Assembly (NCBI GenBank): GCA_002269645.1
Contig: NIVC01002922.1
Coordinates: forward strand, 1 to 26,166
DNA from: Macrostomum lignano
Lineage: Eukaryota
Length of the DNA: 26,166 bases
Reading direction: 5' to 3'
The notes under the pieces are model-generated. The model searched no databases and was not told the origin of the DNA. It worked only from the letters and a program-made list of their open reading frames with translations. Within the stretch, counting starts at the first letter, position 1. Every line of letters starts with the position of its first letter. The translations under genes and the position numbers were made by a program. Of this stretch, positions 1 through 9,123 are shown in pieces.

Positions 1-146
1 CCGCTGCTGCAGTCGGGCTAGGCGAGGCTGGACTCCGGTGTTAGCCCGGGCAGCAGTGCCAGCTACCGGCGCTGCTGGCGCTGGCGCGGAGCAAAGAGCG
101 CCGCGCCGTTTTATTTGGCACGGCGGCGGCAACGTTTTGAGAAACA
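1..146 (-). CDS. Possible partial exon running off the left window edge (product unknown)
   Basis: GC-rich block ending abruptly at ~140. The minus frame is open to base 1 (VFLKTLPPPCQIKRRGALCSAPAPAAPVAGTAARANTGVQPRLARLQQR), with a candidate acceptor cttcag| at 148-147. A +strand frame (2..159) is also open, so the strand is uncertain. Confidence 0.25.
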
Positions 147-633
147 CTGAAGCGTGTTGAAGCGGTTAACACTGGATTTTAGTGTACATACGAGCGTATC
201 ATATAGTCATGGCTTGAAATAGTAACAAAAATCGTTACAATGCACACATGTATCACTCATTAACAGCATCGGTTTATTGAACGTTAAATGCATGAATAAA
301 TGTGCAGTGCATGCATGTACGCGCGCGGTTAAAAATCAGCATAGACTACTACACTTTAATCTGAATTAAACGGAACTTTAATGAACGTACAGTTAGTCTA
401 GCGGTGAAGGTTATTCCGTCTATCCTACCAGCCAAGAGATAAGAGACACACCCCTTGGTGATTTGGGATGAATATACTTATAATCATTAAATTGTGTTCG
501 GTCTTAACGATCCATGCAGTGTCCAGACCGCTGCACATTGTTGTTGTCGGTGTGCATGAGTCTTCTCTAGTGCCCTTTAAGGCGTTAAGGCTGAACTATA
601 TGTGCTACAATTCATGTTATTGAACAGATGAAA

Positions 634-717
634 GCTAGCCTAGACGTGAACAGACTGAACTGCTAATGCAGCGACGTGGGTTCGAATCATAAGAGTGTAA
701 TTTTTTTATTTAAAGCT
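634..717 (+). mobile_element. Degenerate tRNA-derived SINE-like head / tRNA pseudogene remnant
   Basis: A-box-like TAGCCTAGACG (636-646), anticodon-arm-like ACTGCTAAT, and B-box GGTTCGAATC (679-688) followed by a T-run. No complete cloverleaf. Confidence 0.3.
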
Positions 718-756
718 TTTTAATGTCCAGAAAACTTAATAGAACTTAATGTGAAA

Positions 757-878
757 AATAAAAGAAGCGTCATGTAAAACATACGAGAAGTGAACCTCAC
801 ACTTCGTAAAAAAAGTGTCATGTGACAAATAAAAGGAGCGTCATGTAGACATACTGTAAAATAAGCGTCATGTAAAAA
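757..878. repeat. Short dispersed direct repeats (aagcgtcatgta core, 3-4 copies)
   Basis: gcgtcatgta at ~767, ~838 and ~866, and a variant gtgtcatgtg at ~815. Confidence 0.6.
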
Positions 879-907
879 TGTGGGATGTGAGGGCTCACTG
901 GGGGATC

Positions 908-997
908 GCTAAGATATCAAAGCTGAGATGTCAAGGCTTACGGGGGGGGAATTGCTGAGATGTCAAGGCTTACGGGGGGAATTGCTGAGATGTCAAG
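908..997. repeat. 30-32 bp tandem repeat GCTGAGATGTCAAGGCTTAC(G)6-8AATT, ~2.5 copies
   Basis: Units at 922-953 and 954-983, a partial unit at 984-997, and a degenerate copy at 908-921. Confidence 0.85.
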
Positions 998-1451
998 TCA
1001 AATTGCCTTGCATATTCAAAACTTTATTAGTTGAGTACCTTCATTGTCATTCGATGAAAGTTCTATAGTGCGGAAATTTCCAAATCACGCCATCCTGCAG
1101 CGGCACCCTTTAGCTGCCAGCTACTTACTTGTTGTGCAGGTCGAAGTGGGCTATAGTACTACTGCACTGAAGGAAAATGAGTGCATCAAATTTGCATCCA
1201 ATTAGAGTTTGGATGACACATTGGGGTGGGGTGACACATCCAAAGGGAGCGCATAAAAATGGGGTAAAAGGGGTGCTCAGAAAGGTATTTAAAAGCCGAC
1301 AGCCGCGCCCTGATGCTCAGCAGATAGCTTTCGCAAGCAATAAAAACTGGTTGAAACTTCACTGTTTACCTTGGACAGGCCAGACGGTAAGCATTCTGGT
1401 TTATAACTGTATGAGCTAAATATGCCAAATCTCAAACTTTTTCTCGGAAAC

Positions 1452-1462
1452 TTGTTTTTCAG
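1452..1462 (+). other. 3' splice acceptor just upstream of the VWA-gene start codon
   Basis: ttgtttttcag| lies 16 nt before ATG 1479, which begins a signal peptide. This makes the ORF-track start at 1422 unlikely. Confidence 0.55.
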
Positions 1463-1478
1463 AAAGCAAATCTTCCCG

Positions 1479-3102
1479 ATGGTCCGCTGGGTCCCAATCC
1501 TCGTACTGCTGTGCGCCATCCTGCACGCTATGCGGCCCGTGACCGCGGCTGTGGACCAAACTCTGCAGCCGAAAGCTAAAGGGGCCGACGTGGTCCGAGC
1601 CACAGTTCGCAAGATCCGCAACAGCTGCATCTTTCCCAACGACTTAGGATTTCTATTGCGCGTCGCATATGTGGATTCGAAATTCGGCCTCAACGCCAAC
1701 ACGTTTCGTTCCGACGCTGATGGTTTTGGCAAAGGCATCTGGCAGTTGGACAAGATCGGCTTCGACGACACCAAACTCGGAAGCAGTACAAAAAGAAACT
1801 TGGTGAAGGAGAAGTTCGGAATTGACTGGACAACTATGACATACGCATCCGCTAACATGAACGTGCCGCTCTACAACGCTCTTGCTGCGCGACTGCTGCT
1901 CTCTCGAAAACCGGAGGCGATTCCATCTGGCATTGAAGCGCAGGTCGACTATTGGAAGACCTATTACAACAGTGGCGCTGGCAAAGGCTCTGTAGATAAA
2001 TTTATCAACGACGTCAAAAGCATACAGCCTTGCAGTACCGTTGGTGCCGACCTGCTATTCATCCTGGACGCTAGCGGCAGCATCGGATCCAGCAACTTTC
2101 AGCTCATGAAGCAGGTGCTGATTGCAGTTGCTAATAAATTATCGATTGGTCCCGCGGCTACGCAGGTGGCTGTGATCACGTTTTCCAGCCGAATAAATGA
2201 GACGATCGAATTTGGCCAACATTCAACACTGAGCTCTTTGACTTCGGCCATTCAAGCGCTGTCATACGTAGGCGGAGGCACGTACACAAACCTGGCATTG
2301 GATCTCGTAGGATCCACGTTCCAGTCTGCTAGACCTCTGAAGGAAGGCTTTCCCCGGCTGCTTATCGTGCTGACAGACGGTGGATCGAGTGACCGTGAAG
2401 CCACTCGCCTGGCCGCGAACAGACTTAATGCGTACAGCTGGCTTGAGCGCTACGCCGTTGGCATGGGATCGGGCGTAAATAAGGATGAACTGGAAACCAT
2501 TGCGTCATGCTCGCACGTTTATATTATACAATCTGTCAGCGCTATCACCGGCCTGACGGACGATCTTTACGAGCTCGCCTGCCAATCGTCGGTTGCGCTG
2601 CCTACGGACAATGCCGGCTTCGCAACCATGTCTGGAACGCTCCCACCGGGCACGCCTCGGAATGTGCGCGACACGGCGGTCTCTAGCGCTATCGGAAGAA
2701 CCTACGCTCTGCAAGTGATTTCCGGTCGAGCTAATCTCTACGTGTCCCTCGGCATGGAGAACCGAGCTCCGCTGTCAATGACTACTCAGCGGAGGCGACG
2801 CCAAGCCGATTGGAGTCGTGTTTGTCAGCTCCGCAGACCTGGCAGCCTCGTCCGCTCCGCTGAGCAGGCGCAAACGTGAGCTGTCCAGCAGCAGCAGCAG
2901 CAGCAGCTCCAGTACCGTTCTGTACCTGTCGATTGTACCCGAAGAAGACAGCGGGTCGGTGATGTACACGCTCGAAGCTCGCGATGGCGACACTCGCTCG
3001 CTTTATCAGAATTCGATCGCCGGCGGGCCAACATTGCTGCACTGGCCGAAGCTGGCTCTGCTCGCGGCCATGGCGATTGGCGCGATGGCGCTGTTTGATT
3101 GA
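1479..3102 (+). CDS. Secreted/GPI-anchored protein: signal peptide + lysozyme-like (lytic transglycosylase-like) domain + VWA domain + beta-sandwich (PPC-like); two apparent frameshifts near 2761 and 2790-2800
   Basis: Signal peptide MVRWVPILVLLCAILHAMRPVTAA. Lysozyme-like motifs AYVDS (1665-1679), GIWQ (1734-1745) and YWKTYYN (1950-1970). VWA (~2046-2580) with MIDAS DASGS (2067-2081), GGTYT and LTDG. The C-terminus continues in other frames (PSSAVNDYS, then GDAKPIGVVFVSS...RRKR...GGPTLLHWPKLALLAAMAIGAMALFD*) and ends in a GPI-type hydrophobic tail. About 540 aa if repaired. Confidence 0.85.
2886..2910 (+). repeat. (CAG/AGC)n trinucleotide run encoding poly-Ser
   Basis: cagcagcagcagcagcagcagc, read as AGC (Ser) in the C-terminal frame. 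Confidence 0.85.
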
Positions 3103-4330
3103 GTCGCTTCAACTGGAAAGTGACAAGTGACGCTGTTTATACTTTAACTTTAATATTCCAGAAAAATTAGCCACACGTACTTTTATCGCAAACTAACACT
3201 AAGCTTGTTATTCAGATGAAAACTTAGCAACAGAACTAACAAAAAACTAACACAAGTGCCCGTATTTTCTCATAGCTGCGACGACAGCCGACCCGCAGCC
3301 AGCCAGAAAGAGCAGAAGACATGCCCATTTTCCTCTGACTAAATTTTTCATTATATATATTTTTTTTCAAAATTCTCCACGAACTCTAAAACAAATATTT
3401 GCTTTCGGTTTCTAACATTTACTTTTCCAAATTTTTTAACACTGCTTTACGAATCTTATTAAAACAAAGCGAACGCAGAAAATATTTAAACTTTATTTTT
3501 TTATTGACGCAAAAATTAAACTAAGCAAAAATGTACTGCACCTAATTTTTCATATTTAAAAAGAAACAATGAATAAATATATGAATGAATGTATTTTGGG
3601 ATTAGAAAAGTATTGCACCTTACCAAATAATGCTTTTTATAAATATCGGGAATCAACGGAAATAGACGCACTCGTGCACTTTTACACGCGTGAGCAAAAA
3701 GAAAAATGACTAACCCTCACTATGCAGGAACAAAAGCTCAAATTATCATGTACCTTACATACTCGTACATGTATACATATTGCTGTGCTTAAATTATTTT
3801 AACAGCATATGGACAATCATCTCCAATGCAAGTCCTACATGAAGGTATTAAAAAATGCCAACTGGTAAACACACAATACTAATTACTTTCGAAACATATC
3901 GGCAATAATAACTATGTTCCTTTCTGCAGTACTGCACTTCACTTAGATGCAGGGAATGAAATTCGGAAATCGCTGACAAGAAAACTTCTGTACAGTGCGA
4001 CAGGAAAATATCTACTTTCGATACATATCGTCATTTACCTATGTTAATTCTACACCCACGAGTAGGTCTTAACTGCTACATATACATACGATGTAATTTA
4101 GCTTACAATGGCCGTCCGGAAAATCAATCCAAAATAGGAGCTACAACTACTGTCTGAAAATTTCCAGAATAAACAATTTCGATACATGTCGGAGAGCAAT
4201 AAAAATCGCCCCAATTTTATACTAGATGCTCACACACGCAATAGGTCCTGAAAATCAGACAGCAAAGTTGACTAACCGCCGTCAGAACAAAATCCCTCCG
4301 GCAACAAATAAAAGTCGCCACTCCCTACAT

Positions 4331-4543
4331 CAGGGGCCGCGAAGCCTCTCTAAGACCCTTGGGTCCTTTGAAACTTCGCAATAGCAATCCGGCCTGCTGA
4401 AGGTTTGTGTCACTTCTCAGCTCTCTTCCCTCTAATATCCTCTCTCTTATCTCTTCCCTCCCCTCTCTCTCCCACTCTGGCCAGCAGTCATGCGCCAGAT
4501 TCTCTATCTGGCCCTTGAGGTACAGAAAGTTTGCCGACCCCTG
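4331..4543 (-). mobile_element. Non-autonomous hAT/Charlie-type MITE (MER58-like ends), ~213 bp
   Basis: Imperfect TIRs CAGGGGCCGCGAAGCC (4331-) and CAGGGGTCGGCAAACT (reverse complement, -4543). Subterminal AAGGGCCAGATA and GGCCGGATT motifs resemble recalled hAT-Charlie MITEs. Degenerate 8-bp TSD with central TA: ccctacat (4323-4330) / ccctaaac (4544-4551). Confidence 0.7.
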
Positions 4544-4545
4544 CC

Positions 4546-7500
4546 CTAAACGCACGCGTAGGTCCTGGGCGCAACGCAGATAATTTGACTGTCCTCCGCC
4601 ATTCGGTCCAGCAGGCGGCGCAGCCCGGCCTCCGTCAGGCCCGGGTAGCAGCCGCGCCGCTCCCTCCGCAGCCGGCCCAGCAAGGCCAGCTCACTGACTC
4701 CGCCGCCGCTGCCCGTAGGAGCCGCCGCCGCCGCCATCGACGCCGATGCTCCATCTCCTCCTGTTGAAGCGTCTCGCAGATGGCGCAGCGTCGCCACAAT
4801 GTCCGCCCGAAGTCTCGAGTCGGCCTCGCACAGCTGGTACTGCTGGCGGCCAGTGTCCTCGCATAGCCAGGCCCGCAGCTGGCCGGATGCGACCAGCGGA
4901 TCCAGCAGCCCCGACTTGATCGCCTGCTTGGTGCCAATCGACGACAGCCAGTTGGCGCTGAGCAGCAGATCCGGCAGAGTGAACTGGTGCAACCGGTGCG
5001 CGCGCAGGTGCTCAACCAGGCGCTCCTGAGACTGAGTCTCCTGGGAGATTGTGTTTTCGTTATTGAAACTGACTTTAAATCAGTTAGAGTTGCTTGTTTG
5101 GCGATAAATTAAAATAGAAAACTGAGAATCCGAATTAGGGCTTCGACGTGTTATGAATTTCTGTACACTAAAGCCTAACCTCCTCTAACCTCAACACCCA
5201 GCTTATTTCTGTGTTTCATCAGAGAATACACTTACTGTGTTTGTTACATTTTAATGTCGAAAAAGTTGCATAATAATGCCCGATACATACGGTACAGCCG
5301 GGGCGTCGCCACAAAGGGAAAGGGGACATGTCCATGTCTTCATGTCTTCAGGACGCCTAAATGAGTGCCTGCGGCGCCTAAATGAGTGCCTGCGGCGCCA
5401 AAATGAGTGCCTGCGGCGCCTAAATGAGTGCCTGCGGCGCCTAAATGAGTGCCTGCGGCGCCAAAATGAGTGCCTACTGTGCCAAAATGAGTGCCTGCGG
5501 CGCCAAAATGAGTGCTTGCGGCGCTAAAATGAGTGCCTGCGGCGCCAAAATGAGTGCTTGCGGCGCTAAAATGAGTGCCTGCGGCGCCAAAATGAGTGCC
5601 TGCGGCGCCTAAATGAGTGACTGCGGCGCCTAAATGAGTGTTTGCGGCGCCAAAATGAGTGCCTGCGGCGCTAAAATGAGTGCCTGCGGCGCCTAAATGA
5701 GTGTCTGCGGCGCCAAAATGAGTGCCTGCGGCGCTAAAATGAGTGCCTGCGGCGCCTAAATGAGTGACTGCGGCGCCTAAATGAGTGTCTGCGGCGCCAA
5801 AATGAGTGCCTGCGGCGCCTAAATGAGTGTCTGCGGCGCCAAAATGAGTGCCTGCGGCGCTAAAATGAGTGCCTGCGGCGCCTAAATGAGTGCTAACAAC
5901 ACCAATTCCCAAAATAATGTAGGAATTTTTTCATGTAGAATTCCTGACATTGTCCCCCCATCATAAAAGCCGTTTTGATGGTTCCAGGCTAATTAGTAAA
6001 TGTGACGAGGTTTTGTTCGAAATTTAAATTCATATTGGCTTCTCCGTTGCGTTAATTTCGGCCCTGTAATCTGATTTGATAGCCTGTCTACTAACGGTAG
6101 TATATACCGGTATGGAGATACGCAGCTATACATGTGAGCGAAGCGGCATCACAACGTTTTCGCATCTCTTTCACTCTGTAGTAACGGAAAAAGACTTAGG
6201 TTCGATTTTATTGAGAAGCCAATAATGCTGCAAGTATTGTATAAGCGAATGCAACTCAGCGGCAAACGCGTTCCACTTTCGCGCATCTCTTCGTCCAATT
6301 CTCTCCTATTAGGGCTCGCCCCGAAGGCACAGAGCGTGTGTGCTGAATAGCCTTAGCGTTGGCGTTGTGACAGGATGCCCGCAACCCTCCTGCGAGCATT
6401 CATGTACATGTATATTTATCTACAGGCCGAGTTCTCACTCACCCGGTGCCTGGCCGCCTCAGCCAGGCGAACCTGCCTGCTCAGCCCGTCGGGCAGCCGC
6501 AGCCGCAGGATGTAGCCAAACTGGCAGCTCGGATCGGCCAGCTGGGCCAGCCTGCTCAGCCTGAGCAGCTCCTCGTCAGGCTCGGCCATCCGATGATAGC
6601 CGCAGCTGAGCTCCCGGCTGCCGCGGAATTCCCGCACCAGGCCCCTGGCGTGCAGGCTGAGGCCCGGCCTGGGCGCCGGCTGGGCCGCCTCGGCCGCCTG
6701 CGTCTCCGCTAGCAGCAGCTCAGCCAGGCTGTCCTCAGCACCCAGCGTTGTCAGGCCGGCCAGCGCGGCTGTTGCGACGGCGCTGCTATCGCCGTAGGAA
6801 CTGCCAGTCGTGGTTGCTATGGCAACCGCGTCGAGCTGCCTGGCCGCTCGGAAACTGTGCAGCGACGGCGGCGGCGGCTGCCGCGGCTTCCACAGGGTGC
6901 AGCCGATTGAGCCGGTACCGTCGTCAACTGCAAGGAGGAAGATGGGACGACTGCACTCAGATACTGGCAGTTTGGGAAGGGGGGCAGGGTATGATTCAGA
7001 TAGGGCTGATGGCCAACTCCTAATCCTCAGTGAGTCGCTACGATCACATGACCCTTTAGTGAGTCGCTACGATCACATGACCCTTTAGTGAGTCGCTACG
7101 ATCACATGACACTTTAGTGAGTCGCTACGATCACATGACACTTCAGTGAGTCGCACCTACCCTCAATATTTCAGTGAACCGCAACTATGCCAAGATGAAT
7201 CAGGGAAGTCGCCACTATCCCCTGACACTAGTGGGCTGCCACTATTCCGGGACTCAAAAAGCAGCAACTACACCAACTACTAACAAGTAGCATAACTACG
7301 AGTAGCAAAAAAGTATCTTTTACGGTAAATCCAAATTGAACGTGAGACAGGGCAGAGGTGTGCACTATTATTGCTAATTATTAAAACTCAGCTGTGCGGG
7401 TGTGGCACAAAAACTTCGCTCACATCTGGTTTGGCCCACCGCCCCCCCCCCTAGTCCGCGCGAACTCACCCAGGCACTTGAAGTAACCGTCAAACTCCGT

Positions 7501-9123
7501 AGCCGAACGGCACAGCCCGATGACGTCAAACTTTCTGACCAGCTTTCTGCCTACTCGATATGAGACTCCGCCGTCTATAGCGGGTAGATGGAGAGATGGA
7601 AAGAGATAGGAATTACATAATGAGTAAACAATTTTCTCTTAAAGCAAGCGGAGCTTTTAAAAAGAGCGCGGCGGAGGAAGAGACTGATATTTGGAGGGCA
7701 AGAAAACTTTTTGGAGAAGTACTTTTAACTTTCTAAGCTAGAGATAGTCAACAATAAGTAGCTGTTTGATAAGCTTGCTGAGCAGGTGAGATAGAGTGAC
7801 AGCGGCGACAGGTAAAAGACTGGTAGATGGCGTAGAAGAGTAAGTGCGACAGGTAGAAGGTGTACAAGAGCAAGGAAGACAGGTAGAGGGCACAGAAGAG
7901 AGAGGGAGACAGGTAGAAGGCACAGAAGAGAGAGGGAGACAGGTAGATGACGCAGAAGAGAGAGGGAGACAGGTAGATGGTACAGAAGAGAGAGGGAGAC
8001 AGGTAGATGGCACAGAAGAGAGAGGGAGACAGGTAGATGACGCAGAAGAGAGAGAGGGAGCCAGGTAGAAGGCACAGAAGAGAGAGGGAGACAGGTAGAG
8101 GGCACAAAAGAGAGGGAGACAGGTAGATGGCACAGAAGAGAGAGGGAGACAGGTAGATGGCACAGAAGAGAGAGGGAGACAGGTAGAGGGCACAGAAGAG
8201 AGAGGGAGACAGGTAGAGGGTACAGAAGAGAGAGGGAGACAGGTAGAGGGCACAGAAGAGAGAGGGAGACAGGTAGATGGCACAGAAGAGAGAGGGAGAC
8301 AGGTAGAGGGTACAGAAGAGAGAGGGAGACAGGTAGATGGCACAGAAGAGAGAGGGAGACAGGTAGAGGGCACAGAAGAGAGAGGGAGACAGGTAGATGG
8401 CACAGAAGAGAGAGGGAGACAGGTAGATGGCACAGAAGAGAGAGGGAGACAGGTAGAGGGCACAGAAGAGAGAGGGAGACAGGTAGATGGCACAGAAGAG
8501 AGAGGGAGACAGGTAGAGGGCACAGAAGAGAGAGGGAGACAGGTAGATGGTACAGAAAGGAGAGGGAGACAGGTAGAGGGTACCGAAGAGAGAGGGAGAC
8601 AGGTAGAGGGTACAGAAGAGAGAGGGAGACAGGTAGATGGCGCAGAAGAGAGGGAGACAGGTAGAGGGTACAGAAGAGAGAGGGAGACAGGTAGATGGCG
8701 CAGAAGAGAGGAAGACAGGTAGAGGGCACAGAAGAGAGAGGGAGACAAGTAAATGACGCAGAAGAGAGAGGGAGCCAGGTACATGGCGTAGAAGAGAGAG
8801 GGAGCCATGTAGAGGGCTTAGAAGAGACTGCTTGTCACGCCGGCTGCGGGTCAACTTTCGCCTCGATTTTCTATAGAGCCTAAAGCCCACACTGAAAGCT
8901 AAAAAGCGAAGAGACAGACGGATAGATGGCGCATAGAAACTAAAAAAAACGAGCTAAAAAGTCTATAATGCCATTAGGCACGCCGCTAGCACTCACCGAG
9001 AGTGGACACAGCAGGTGCACTCAAGATGGCGCCAATGCAGACTGGCAGGTGCTGGCAGCAGGCTGGATCCAGCTGGGCCGCCTGCTGCTCCGCTGTAGGC
9101 TGGCCGTCATCGCCCAGCTGCAT
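4546..9123 (-). CDS. STN1: CST complex subunit STN1 (OBFC1), 4 exons, ~403 aa
   Basis: Exons 9123-8997, 7574-7470, 6927-6443 and 5040-4546, all with GT-AG and compatible phases (1,1,0). The spliced protein has LDP..., KFDVIGLC, VDDGTGSIGCTLWK and LHARGLVREFRGSREL (STN1 OB fold), and a C-terminal winged-helix PGLTEAGLRRLLDRMAEDSQII matching the recalled human STN1 PGLSEAVLQQVLELLEDQSDIV. Confidence 0.9.
5355..5893. repeat. 21-bp minisatellite (GCCTAAATGAGTGCCTGCGGC), ~25 copies, in STN1 intron 3
   Basis: Direct inspection; variant units gcctaa/gccaaa/gctaaa are interspersed. Confidence 0.95.
7029..7154. repeat. 29-bp tandem repeat (AGTGAGTCGCTACGATCACATGACCCTTT), 4 copies plus a partial, in STN1 intron 2
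   Basis: Units start at 7029, 7058, 7087, 7116 and 7145; degenerate units continue to ~7290. Confidence 0.95.
7807..8828. repeat. 30-bp purine-rich minisatellite (GACAGGTAGATGGCACAGAAGAGAGAGGGA), ~33 copies, in STN1 intron 1
   Basis: Direct inspection; both edges are degenerate. Confidence 0.95.

Noticed and set aside
1422-1478. ORF-track start MPNLKLFLGNLFFRKQIFP
   Set aside because: It overlaps a polypyrimidine/AG acceptor, and the signal peptide begins at ATG 1479.
1289-3112. Antisense and shifted ORFs over the VWA gene (1289-1858, 2505-2714, 2775-3112)
   Set aside because: Shadows of a GC-rich coding exon with no independent motifs.
3710-3722. CTAACCCTCAC(TA): resembles the vertebrate telomerase RNA template and the T3 promoter
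   Set aside because: Only 11-12 nt with a mismatch to the template, no supporting structure recognised; expected by chance.
4420-4520. +strand polypyrimidine tract, AG, ATG and GT looking like an antisense exon
   Set aside because: It lies inside the hAT MITE, which explains the sequence.
5276-5912. Repetitive ORFs (RRLNECL..., GTHFGAA...)
   Set aside because: Translations of an intronic 21-bp minisatellite.
7052-7095. CCCTTTAGTGAGTCG, a T3/T7 promoter-like hybrid; the 29-bp repeats also look CRISPR-like
   Set aside because: No full phage promoter or vector context. The units are contiguous with no spacers, so this is a minisatellite.
7725-8890. 334-380 aa ORFs (PSTCLPLSSV repeats)
   Set aside because: Stop-free only because of the 30-bp unit; they lie in STN1 intron 1.
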